DNA from: Candidatus Nomurabacteria bacterium RIFCSPHIGHO2_01_FULL_37_25
GTDB taxonomy: Bacteria; Patescibacteriota; Minisyncoccia; Phycocordibacterales; UBA9973
DNA length: 64,000 bases
Reading direction: 5' to 3'
Assembly: GCA_001786765.1 (NCBI GenBank)
Contig: MFTH01000015.1
Location: forward strand, 1,548 to 65,547
Positions 29,419-37,308 of this stretch are shown piece by piece (position 1 is the stretch's first letter; every line of letters begins with the position of its first letter). The translations under genes were made by a program, and so were the position numbers. Below the pieces are notes generated by a model. That model saw nothing but the letters and a program-made list of their open reading frames with translations, searched no databases and had not been told where the DNA came from.

Positions 29419-29837
29419 GGGTCTTTTATATACCCGGAAAGGAGGATGTATGTTGTGGGATATAGAAGAATGGTTTATTTAGGGTCGTAGCGATAGATAG
29501 ACTACGACCCTGAGATTGTGGCGATCGTTTCTTAAAGAAACGGTCGCCAATTTTTATTTTTTTAATAAAATATGAAGAATTAAGTAGAAAGTTTATGAAA
29601 ATAATTATCCACAGAGGGGTATTTACATTTATTTTAAATATGCTAGATTGTGAACGTGAATAAAAAATTACAAGCAAATAAGATTTTCTTTTTCAACTAC
29701 TTTAGTAAAACTAGAGAGCTGATATTTGCGCTGTAAAAACTAACTAAAACAAACTTACAACTTAAATACCGGCTCTCTAGTGAGAACCGGTATTTTCGTA
29801 ATAGAGCGGAAATAAAAAGTTCTTTGGAGGATATAGT

Positions 29838-29996
29838 ATGAGGCACATAAAATGCATCAAAAAGCTGGGTCAGCACCGGGAGGTTGTAAGGGAAGGAACG
29901 AGAAAGTATCCAATATTTATATGTTGGGTGTGTGGTAAGGCCGGCTGGGGTTGTGCTAATCGCCTCTCGGCGCAACTTTGTAATAAGAAAAAGTGA
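29838..29996 (+). CDS. 52-aa Cys/His-rich protein, putative zinc finger (absent from the ORF track)
   Basis: SD GGAGG; MRHIKCIKKLGQHREVVREGTRKYPIFICWVCGKAGWGCANRLSAQLCNKKK*; hairpin 30005-30033 follows. Confidence 0.6.
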   Translation: MRHIKCIKKLGQHREVVREGTRKYPIFICWVCGKAGWGCANRLSAQLCNKKK

Positions 29997-30026
29997 CCGC
30001 ATCCGGCGACTGCTCTCACAAAAGAG

Positions 30027-30147
30027 CAGTCGCCTAAGTTTTTATTTTCGTTCTTTGATAAATTAATAAATTATCTTCAAAACAGTGGTTATAGCCAAAA
30101 GGTACTGATCATTCGGTATTTTCTGGCTATGACTACTGTGGTTATAG
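30027..30147 (+). repeat. Structured leader repeat, copy 1
   Basis: About 120-bp direct repeat of 30443-30561 containing a 16-bp stem. Confidence 0.8.
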
Positions 30148-30178
30148 TAATTTACTCAAAAAAGGGAGGTGGGAAATA

Positions 30179-30319
30179 ATGCCTGAATTTTTTTGTTTCG
30201 ATCACCTAGAGTTCAAAGTATCGGTAAGGGTTTTTCTTTGTAAACGGTGCGGAACCGTTTACTTAGAAAAACCCTCCGTCGGGACTAAGTGTAAGGTCCC
30301 GACGGAAAAAAAAATTTGA
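30179..30319 (+). CDS. 46-aa Cys/His-rich protein, putative zinc finger (absent from the ORF track)
   Basis: SD GGAGGTG; MPEFFCFDHLEFKVSVRVFLCKRCGTVYLEKPSVGTKCKVPTEKKI*. Confidence 0.55.
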   Translation: MPEFFCFDHLEFKVSVRVFLCKRCGTVYLEKPSVGTKCKVPTEKKI

Positions 30320-30442
30320 GGGGGTCCTAATAAACCCCTCATGAGAGCCGAGCGAGACTAAAAGATCGCTTGGCTTTTATAATTTTAAATATTGTACTTA
30401 TTTATTCTTACGGGATATAAAAAAACTTTGAATTTACAAGCA

Positions 30443-30561
30443 CAGTCGCCAAAATTTTTTTTGTTCTTTTAAAATTGATAAATTACTTACAAAAACAGTA
30501 GTCGTAGCCAAAAGATCCTGATTATTCGGTATTTTCTGGCTATGACTATTGTGGTACATAG
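30443..30561 (+). repeat. Structured leader repeat, copy 2
   Basis: Direct repeat of 30027-30147; stem substitutions retain pairing. Confidence 0.8.
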
Positions 30562-30615
30562 CCCCACCTCGGATAGAGGAAAAAATAAAAATTTAACCTA
30601 ATAGGGGGGTATAAA

Positions 30616-31080
30616 ATGGCAAGTTATGTTATTAAAATAGGTCGTTTTAAAAAAGAGTGTCCAGATTTTTTAAAACGATTACACCACCCACTGGTTGAGA
30701 TGTTCAGACCTCAAAGCTATAACCTTTTTGAGGAGGTGGAGCCATGGCTCCATGAAGAACAAAAGAAGAAAGATGCAAGCGTACCTGGAAAAGTTATATA
30801 TCATAATATAACTAAAGAGGAGTTCAGCCTTGCGTCCCAGTTGAGTTTTATGGATGGTTTGGAAATCATCAAGATCGTGGGGAGAGATCTGATGATTTTT
30901 CGAGAGATTTTTGGCTCCAACACAACACTTACCCTTTGGGGGTCAAAAGGGGAGGACTACTTAGGGTACCCTTGCGTACCAGTCCTAAGAGAGGAAAAAG
31001 GAGGTTTGGTAATTAAGCCAAAATACCTAAATTCTTTTTGGACCAAAGAGTGTCCTGGACTTAGGTTCAACAAGAAGTAA
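30616..31080 (+). CDS. Orphan-family protein, homolog of 35143-35751
   Basis: Shared HP..E, VE.WLH..QK, DGL.I, LWGS, VP.L.E and P.LRF motifs; G-rich SD; hairpin 31094-31128 follows. Confidence 0.75.
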   Translation: MASYVIKIGRFKKECPDFLKRLHHPLVEMFRPQSYNLFEEVEPWLHEEQKKKDASVPGKVIYHNITKEEFSLASQLSFMDGLEIIKIVGRDLMIFREIFGSNTTLTLWGSKGEDYLGYPCVPVLREEKGGLVIKPKYLNSFWTKECPGLRFNKK

Positions 31081-31188
31081 AATATCTCACAATAAGCGGG
31101 CTAATCGGAATATTCCGACGCCCGCTTTAACTTTTTATGGGAGAAAAAAGTTGCCAACATTTTTTAGTATTTGTGCTAAAATAAATGC

Positions 31189-31359
31189 ATGCAAATAAAT
31201 ATAAATAAAGAAGACAATATGAACGATTATGATGATTGTGAGGTTTGTAAGCTTATGAAAAAAGGTGACCATAACTATGGAGATTTAGCAGAAGCTTTTG
31301 CCAAACAAAATGCAAAGAATAAATTAAATGAAGAAATATCAAGAGAAAATAAAGAATAA
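31189..31359 (+). CDS. 56-aa hypothetical protein with CxxC (absent from the ORF track)
   Basis: MQININKEDNMNDYDDCEVCKLMKKGDHNYGDLAEAFAKQN...; TGCTAAAAT 6 nt upstream. Confidence 0.45.
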   Translation: MQININKEDNMNDYDDCEVCKLMKKGDHNYGDLAEAFAKQNAKNKLNEEISRENKE

Positions 31360-31618
31360 TATTGTAATTTATCAAACACCAAGTGGTTCTATTGAATTTC
31401 GAGGTGATTTTGAAAAAGAAACTATGTGGGCAAACTTAAATCAAATTGCTCAAGTTTTTGGCGTACAAAAAGCTACTATTTCTAAACACTTAAAAAATAT
31501 ATATGAAACTGAAGAATTAACTAAAAACGCAACTGTTTCCAAAATGGAAACAGTTCAAGTTGAGGGTAATCGTTCAGTTAGTCGTTTGATTGCGTTAGTT
31601 ACTCAGCTCTTAAAATAA
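31328..31618 (+). pseudogene. RhuM-family (Fic-associated) N-terminal fragment, probably internally deleted
   Basis: IVIYQ, ETMWANLNQIAQVF, TISKHLKNIY and VQVEGNRSVSR, then an abrupt end. Confidence 0.65.
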
Positions 31619-31753
31619 AATGGTTCAAGAGCAGGCGTTGAATATTTAAAAACAAGGGCGAATGTTTTTTTGACTGACGAGACTAGAGAAAAATAGGCTT
31701 GTAAAATAACTATTTTTTATTTTTTATTTATGCTAAAATATTTTCAATACTTG

Positions 31754-31819
31754 TCCCGTTAGAAAATCAGCGGGCGGGTAAAAAGGACAGGTTTTACTAT
31801 TTTAATTTTCTAATGGGAT
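31754..31819 (+). mobile_element. Short start-codon-associated hairpin element at aspS
   Basis: TCCCGTTAGAAAAT/ATTTTCTAATGGGA arms ending in GGG-ATG. Confidence 0.65.
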
Positions 31820-33173
31820 GCAAAACCGTATTTATATAAAAGACTTAAAAGATCATCTAGACACCCATTCGACAGGCTCAGGACAAGAAGAAGTAACTAT
31901 AGCCGGATGGGTAGATGTCAGACGCGATCAAGGAAAGATGGTTTTCTTTGATATGCGTGATATGACAGGTAAAGTGCAATGCGTAGCGTTGCCTTCCCGA
32001 ACAGAGATTATTGGAAAAGGGAAAGAAATAAGACCGGAATGGGTTTTGAAAATCACTGGCATGGTGAATAAAAGGCCAGAAAAAAATATAAAAACTGGGG
32101 TATTAAACGGCGATGTAGAGCTAGAAGCGACAAGTATTGAAATTTTATCCAAAGCGGAAATACCTTTTGAACTTAACGAATCTTTGAATTTAGATACTCA
32201 TTTAGACAATTTACCTTATACTCTACGCTCCGAGCGCGCCAAAGATATCTTTACCATGCAGTCCAGTATCTTAGAAGCGTATAGGTCATCATTACGATCT
32301 CAAGGATTCATAGAATTTATGTCTCCTGCGATTGTCGGTGGAGATGCAGAGGGTGGTTCAGCTGTTTTTTCTGTAAATTATTTTAAAGATCATAAGGCAT
32401 ATCTAGCGACTAGCCCGCAATTTTATAAACAAATCATGGTCGGAGCATTTGAACGAGCCTGTACTATCGCTAAAGTTTTTCGCGCAGAGAAAAGCGCTAC
32501 GACTAGGCATTTGAGTGAAATAACTCAAATGGATTTTGAATTAGGTTTTATTGAAAATGAAAGAGAGCCAATGAAAGTTCTAGAACAAACAATTCGTGAC
32601 ACTGTGAGAGTAGTGGGAGAAAAACATAAAAATATATTTGCTCGTTTTAATACTACTGTGCCAGAAATTCCAACAGAAATTCCAATATTTACTCTAGCGG
32701 AGGCTCAAGCGTTAATAGAAAAAGAATTCAACCGTACAACCGAAGATACTGATGACATGTCTCCGGAAGATGAACGCCAACTCTCCGAATATGTAAAGAA
32801 AAACCTAAAATCAGACTTCGTTTTCATTACAAGATTTCCGACAAAAAAACGCGCCTTTTATACATATGAAGACCCAAGTGAAGCCCCTTTTTCTCGTGGA
32901 TTTGATTTATTATTCCGTGGACTCGAAATAAATAGTGGAGCGCAACGAATACACGATTACGATATGCTTGTAAAAAAAATAAAAGATTGGGGAATGGATC
33001 CAAAAAAGTTTTCTTTTTATCTGCAAACATTCAAATGTGGTATGCCACCTCATGGAGGCTCGTCCACGGGGCTTGAACGTTTTACAGCTCGAATGCTTGA
33101 GCTCGCCAATGTCAAAGAAGCTACAGCTTTTCCCAGAGACATGACTCGCATAGATAGCAGACTTGCTGAATAA
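31818..33173 (+). CDS. aspS: Aspartyl-tRNA synthetase, short non-discriminating type
   Basis: OB fold, SPQFYKQ, FRAEKS and RHLSE, EINSGAQRIH, PPHGG, GLER, FPRD. Confidence 0.93.
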   Translation: MQNRIYIKDLKDHLDTHSTGSGQEEVTIAGWVDVRRDQGKMVFFDMRDMTGKVQCVALPSRTEIIGKGKEIRPEWVLKITGMVNKRPEKNIKTGVLNGDVELEATSIEILSKAEIPFELNESLNLDTHLDNLPYTLRSERAKDIFTMQSSILEAYRSSLRSQGFIEFMSPAIVGGDAEGGSAVFSVNYFKDHKAYLATSPQFYKQIMVGAFERACTIAKVFRAEKSATTRHLSEITQMDFELGFIENEREPMKVLEQTIRDTVRVVGEKHKNIFARFNTTVPEIPTEIPIFTLAEAQALIEKEFNRTTEDTDDMSPEDERQLSEYVKKNLKSDFVFITRFPTKKRAFYTYEDPSEAPFSRGFDLLFRGLEINSGAQRIHDYDMLVKKIKDWGMDPKKFSFYLQTFKCGMPPHGGSSTGLERFTARMLELANVKEATAFPRDMTRIDSRLAE

Positions 33174-33180
33174 TCTTAAA

Positions 33181-33528
33181 ATGAATTATGTAATCTCTGG
33201 AAAAGTTATTAGGGGCGATGGATATGGCAGAAAGATTGGTTTTCCTACGGTAAATTTAGAGACAGAAAAATCTAGGACGGAGGCGTTGCCTCCGGAAGGG
33301 GTATATAGAGGAACAGTAATGTTAAATACTGAATTTTTAACATATAAAGCGGGGATTGTGATAGGTCCAAACGAAAAAATAGAAGCGCATTTGATAGGGT
33401 ATAAAGGGGATGCGTATGGTAAACAAGTAACTTTAGAAATACAAAAATTTTTGAGAAAATACAAGAAATTTGAAACAGAAGCAGAATTAATTATTCAAAT
33501 AAAAAAAGACCTGCAAGCTTGTAAATAA
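33181..33528 (+). CDS. Riboflavin kinase (stand-alone RibF C-terminal domain)
   Basis: GKVIRGDGYGRKIGFPTVNL, EGVY, IEAHL, QIKKD. Confidence 0.85.
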   Translation: MNYVISGKVIRGDGYGRKIGFPTVNLETEKSRTEALPPEGVYRGTVMLNTEFLTYKAGIVIGPNEKIEAHLIGYKGDAYGKQVTLEIQKFLRKYKKFETEAELIIQIKKDLQACK

Positions 33529-33548
33529 GAAATTTCTTATTTACAAGC

Positions 33549-34484
33549 TTGAGTGCTATACTAAAGTTTATGGAAAAATCATACACATACACAGGTCCGA
33601 TATTCATACTTATCGCCGCGACACTTTGGGCTTTTGATGGACTCATCCGCCAGCATTTATATTCTCTTCCGCCAATTACCATAATTTTCTTTGAACATTT
33701 GATTGGTTTGATAATACTATCTCCATTTGTTTTTAAATATGTTCGAGAAACAAAGCTCGCAAAACAAGAGTGGTGGCTCGTTGTTTTGATTGCAATTTTA
33801 AGCGGACTTTTTGGCACACTCTGGTTCACGACCGCGCTCGGAAAAGTTCAATACATTTCTATATCCGTAGTATTTCTTTTGCAAAAACTTCAGCCGATAT
33901 TTGCCATAACTAGCGCCAGAATTTTCTTAAAAGAAAAGCTCGATGGGCGATATATAAAGTGGGCGCTCTTAGCTATCGTCGCCGCTTACTTTGTAACATT
34001 CAAAAATGGATATGTGGATTTTGCAACAGGCGAGGGGACGATAGTCGCCGCGCTTTATGCTCTAGGCGCCGCATTTGCTTGGGGTTCTTCAACAACATTT
34101 TCTAAAATGCTTTTAGGAAAAGTGGATTCTAAAGTCAGCACTTTTTATAGGTTTCTATTCACTACCATAGTCGCTCTGCCATTATTGTTTTTATTTAGTA
34201 ATTCAGCCGACGCAAGTATATCTATACCAACCGTGAACCAATTCGGCTGGTTAGCTCTTATAGCTGTCTCCACTGGCATGGTAGCGCTACTTATTTATTA
34301 CAAAGGGCTTGCGAAAACTTCTGTGCATATTTCCACTATTTTAGAACTTACTTTTCCTTTTATAGCGATTCTCCTCGATATGATAGTCAACAACACTGTT
34401 CTTTCTGTTTCCCAGTGGATTGTTTCCTTAGCGCTTGTTTTTAGCATTTATCAAATTACAAAGTTGCGAGAAGAAAACTCTTAA
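33549..34484 (+). CDS. DMT/EamA-family transporter
   Basis: About ten TM segments, QPIF, FLKEK. Confidence 0.85.
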   Translation: MSAILKFMEKSYTYTGPIFILIAATLWAFDGLIRQHLYSLPPITIIFFEHLIGLIILSPFVFKYVRETKLAKQEWWLVVLIAILSGLFGTLWFTTALGKVQYISISVVFLLQKLQPIFAITSARIFLKEKLDGRYIKWALLAIVAAYFVTFKNGYVDFATGEGTIVAALYALGAAFAWGSSTTFSKMLLGKVDSKVSTFYRFLFTTIVALPLLFLFSNSADASISIPTVNQFGWLALIAVSTGMVALLIYYKGLAKTSVHISTILELTFPFIAILLDMIVNNTVLSVSQWIVSLALVFSIYQITKLREENS

Positions 34485-34522
34485 AATACAATTCTTAAGA
34501 ATTTTTTTGCTATACTATAAAA

Positions 34523-34873
34523 ATGGATTTACTAAATAAAAAATGTGTGCCGTGCGAAGGGGGAGCAATGCCTCTTACACTTCCAGAAATAGAAAAATTC
34601 ATGAAGCAAGCCTCTGGCTGGACGCTCACCTCGGACGAAGATCCTAAAGAAGGGATAGTGAATGCTAGAATTTTCAAAGAATATAAATTCAAAGATTTTA
34701 TCGGCGCGATAAACTTTGTGGAGCGTGTGGCAGATGTCGCTGAAATGGAAGATCATCATCCGGATATTCATATTTATTACAACAAAGTAGTATTAGAGTT
34801 ATGGACTCACGCCATAAACGGACTTTCTGAAAATGACTTTATCGTCGCTGTGAAAGTGGATGCGATGAAATAA
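34523..34873 (+). CDS. Pterin-4a-carbinolamine dehydratase family
   Basis: CVPCEGG, HHPDI, LWTHAINGLSENDFIVA. Confidence 0.9.
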   Translation: MDLLNKKCVPCEGGAMPLTLPEIEKFMKQASGWTLTSDEDPKEGIVNARIFKEYKFKDFIGAINFVERVADVAEMEDHHPDIHIYYNKVVLELWTHAINGLSENDFIVAVKVDAMK

Positions 34874-34917
34874 AAATATTCTAATATTCTCTAAAATTAC
34901 AGAACGAAAACATTATC

Positions 34918-34937
34918 TACTTTAGTTTAGTAAAGTA
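34918..34937. promoter_or_regulatory. Third copy of the TACTTTA-N6-TAAAGTA operator
   Basis: TACTTTAGTTTAGTAAAGTA, same motif as 36252-36289. Confidence 0.6.
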
Positions 34938-34940
34938 TTT

Positions 34941-35098
34941 TAAACTACGAAACTCTTTTTAAGTATATCTTTTTTTAGGGTACCGATTTTTGAAGCTCTG
35001 CCTACCCGGCAGGTAGGTTAAAAATCCTGCCTTGCCCGTGCCGGGACGACCGAGGGAAGTTCTCAGCTCGACAGCCTCAAAACCCCACAAAAAAACAC
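34941..35098 (-). mobile_element. GGCTGTCGAGCCGAG-family element, inverted, with nested GC-rich inserts
   Basis: Reverse complement of the 6253 core, interrupted by CTGCCTACCCGGCAGGTAGG and GCCTTGCCCGTGCCGGGACGACCGAGG. Confidence 0.7.
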
Positions 35099-35142
35099 AA
35101 GTGAGCGTGGAATAATCACGGCTCACTTGTGTGAATGATGCG

Positions 35143-35751
35143 TTACTTAAAACGGAGGGCGGGACTGCCGGGGAAGTAGCCGTGATCGGCTATCCAACTC
35201 CAGCCTACCACGACCTCGCCACCGCGCTCGTGGAGATACGGTACATGCAGGCCGCCCCGGCGGTCCTGCACGACCGAACCCCAGAGAAAGACCTCCTTGC
35301 CCGCAAACAACTTGCGGAACACGGCGATACCCTTGGCTTGAATGGCAAGCCCATCCTGTAAGTTCAGGCAAGTACCGATAGCATTGTCTTTCTTCAGGCG
35401 GTCGTAGATGGTGTTGTTGCCAACCATCCCCCCACGCTTCTGGTCGTGGTGGAGCCACTGCTCCACGTCGGTCTGGAGGTCGTATTCGACAGGACCCGAG
35501 CACTCCAGCTCGGGATGCTCCAACTTCCTGAACCATGCGGGGTAAGAGGTCGGCTTGACGACCCTGTCCACAAGAATAAGGAAGTCCAGTGGGGGATCGG
35601 GGGGCTTCGGCGTTGCCCCGATCAGAAGCTTTTCGCAATGAAGACAGTATTCTCCTGGAATCACCACGCCCCAGTCTTCCTTAAGATTAATGTCTTTCCC
35701 CACAACCACCGTCGTCATTGCGTGTTTGCATGTTTCTGTTTTTTTTGCCAT
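35143..35751 (-). CDS. GC-rich orphan-family protein: N-terminal CxH...CxxC module plus a domain homologous to 30616-31080
   Basis: SD GGAGGAG; motifs shared with 30616; GC content visibly above the flanks. Confidence 0.75.
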   Translation of the reverse strand: MAKKTETCKHAMTTVVVGKDINLKEDWGVVIPGEYCLHCEKLLIGATPKPPDPPLDFLILVDRVVKPTSYPAWFRKLEHPELECSGPVEYDLQTDVEQWLHHDQKRGGMVGNNTIYDRLKKDNAIGTCLNLQDGLAIQAKGIAVFRKLFAGKEVFLWGSVVQDRRGGLHVPYLHERGGEVVVGWSWIADHGYFPGSPALRFK

Positions 35752-35789
35752 AACTCCTCCATAAAGAACTAAAGAGTTTGCTAAATTGC

Positions 35790-35821
35790 AAAACCCCTTC
35801 CTAAAAACTTAGGAAGGGGTT
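35790..35821 (-). terminator. Terminator hairpin of the putative His attenuator
   Basis: AACCCCTTCCTAA/TTAGGAAGGGGTT 13-bp stem; short U run on the minus strand. Confidence 0.7.
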
Positions 35822-35847
35822 GATTTCGAAAAAATATTTACAAATAA

Positions 35848-36246
35848 TTACGAGCTCAAAAGCAACTCTTTCCTAAGTTTGGAGGAGTTGTGATGATGAC
35901 TTGATAATCTAGCCAAAATTAAACGGTAACCGCCCAAGTTGCCTTTGAGCCATTTTGCAATTCGAGCAATAGTCGCAGAGGAAAGTCCTGTTTTTTCAAT
36001 TATATAATTATATTGCATATTAGAAAAAAGAAGGGAAGCAGCCTCGAGACGATTAGCAAATTCTTGAATTTCGCCTTTTGTCATTAAATCACGCAGAAAG
36101 AGTTTAGCTTCATCAGCATTTTTCAAAACCAAGATAGCCTCAATTAACTGCTTGTTCTCCCGTGTACTCCAGTCTATTTTAGACCCAATTTGCCTAACTA
36201 ATTTGACTGTTTCTATTGATGTTTTATCATTCATTCCTTTACTCAT
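35848..36246 (-). CDS. YerC/YecD (TrpR-family, HisR-like) repressor with an HHH-containing tail
   Basis: FLRDLMT, EI, RLEAA, TGLSSATIARIAKWL, GGYRL. Confidence 0.85.
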   Translation of the reverse strand: MSKGMNDKTSIETVKLVRQIGSKIDWSTRENKQLIEAILVLKNADEAKLFLRDLMTKGEIQEFANRLEAASLLFSNMQYNYIIEKTGLSSATIARIAKWLKGNLGGYRLILARLSSHHHNSSKLRKELLLSS

Positions 36247-36251
36247 TCCGA

Positions 36252-36289
36252 TACTTTAGCAAACTAAAGTACTTTAGTCAAGTAAAGTA
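36252..36289 (-). promoter_or_regulatory. Two overlapping TACTTTA-N6-TAAAGTA operators covering the promoter of the YerC-like gene
   Basis: Boxes at 36252-36271 and 36270-36289; minus strand reads TTGACT-N17-TAAAGT-N6-ATG. Confidence 0.8.
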
Positions 36290-36372
36290 GATATGAGGGT
36301 GTGGATAAGTATAATTTATTTATATAATTAAAGTACTTGCATTAATATATGCGAATATGCTAATATACACAT

Positions 36373-36660
36373 ATGTCTGAATTATGCAAACAAATGGCCA
36401 AAATGGGGAAGGGTTTAGGCAATGAAAACCGTTTTACTATTCTTCAGGTTCTTATGAAAAAACCAAGTACCGTGGGAGAAATTAGTAAAAAAGTAGAATT
36501 GCCTCAGCCTTCCGTATCACAACATTTAAAAGTTCTCAAAGAGGCAAATCTTGTAGAAAATACTCGCAAAGGGCAAGAAGTTTTATATAAAGTTAATGTT
36601 TCTTTTATGGCTTCTTTACTTAAAACATTAACAACTAATCTATCAAATAAAAATTATTAA
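36373..36660 (+). CDS. ArsR/SmtB-family regulator
   Basis: LGNENRFTIL, QPSVSQHLKVLKEANLV, RKGQEVLY. Confidence 0.9.
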   Translation: MSELCKQMAKMGKGLGNENRFTILQVLMKKPSTVGEISKKVELPQPSVSQHLKVLKEANLVENTRKGQEVLYKVNVSFMASLLKTLTTNLSNKNY

Positions 36661-36685
36661 CTAATTTATATAAATACTAAATACT

Positions 36686-37303
36686 ATGAATTACAACAAA
36701 TTAGCAACAAAAGAAGTAGTACAAAAAGTCGTCCAGGCTCTTGGTAAGAGAAATGTTGAAGCTGTTGTGGTAGAAAATGGTAGGGAAGCATTAGCAAAAA
36801 TAAAAGAGCTCATTCCAAAAAATACATCGGTTATGAACGGATCTTCTGTTACGCTTGAGCAAATAGGTTTTATAGATTATCTAAAAGAAGAGAAACATGG
36901 ATGGAATAACCTTCATGCAGGAATAATTGCGGAAAAAGATCCCACAAAACAAAGTTTGCTTCGTAAGCAGGCTCTGCTTTCTGATTATTATTTAGGAAGC
37001 GTGCATGCTCTCGCAGAAACAGGCGAATTTATCATTGCATCAAATACTGGCAGTCAATTACCACATATAGTTTTTTCTTCTTCTAATCTTATTTTTGTAG
37101 TTAGTACAAAGAAAATTGTTCCGACTCTTCCAGACGCCACAAACCGCCTCATAAAACACGTAGTACCACTTGAAGACGCGCAAATGAAAAGAAAATATGG
37201 CGTTGGCACTGCAGTTAATAAAGTTTTCACATTCTATAATGAAAATCCGATGATGGGTAGAAAAATAATAATGATATTAGTAAACGATGACCTTGGGTTT
37301 TAA
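36686..37303 (+). CDS. LUD-domain (lactate utilization family) protein
   Basis: GSSVTLEQIG, LGSVHALAETG, SNTGSQ, KKIVP. Confidence 0.8.
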   Translation: MNYNKLATKEVVQKVVQALGKRNVEAVVVENGREALAKIKELIPKNTSVMNGSSVTLEQIGFIDYLKEEKHGWNNLHAGIIAEKDPTKQSLLRKQALLSDYYLGSVHALAETGEFIIASNTGSQLPHIVFSSSNLIFVVSTKKIVPTLPDATNRLIKHVVPLEDAQMKRKYGVGTAVNKVFTFYNENPMMGRKIIMILVNDDLGF

Positions 37304-37308
37304 TCAAA

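Noticed and set aside
29150-29700. Replication origin
   Set aside because: Only two DnaA boxes about 450 bp apart, no dnaA or dnaN nearby, and no divergent strand switch.
29697-30002. 101-aa minus-strand ORF, and likewise 29426-29677
   Set aside because: No recognisable motifs. The plus strand has SD-led ORFs and correctly oriented terminators in the same interval.
35131-35772. Overlapping ORFs 35131-35361 (+), 35147-35638 (-) and 35446-35772 (+)
   Set aside because: Shadow ORFs caused by high GC. Only 35143-35751 has an SD and a homolog in the window.
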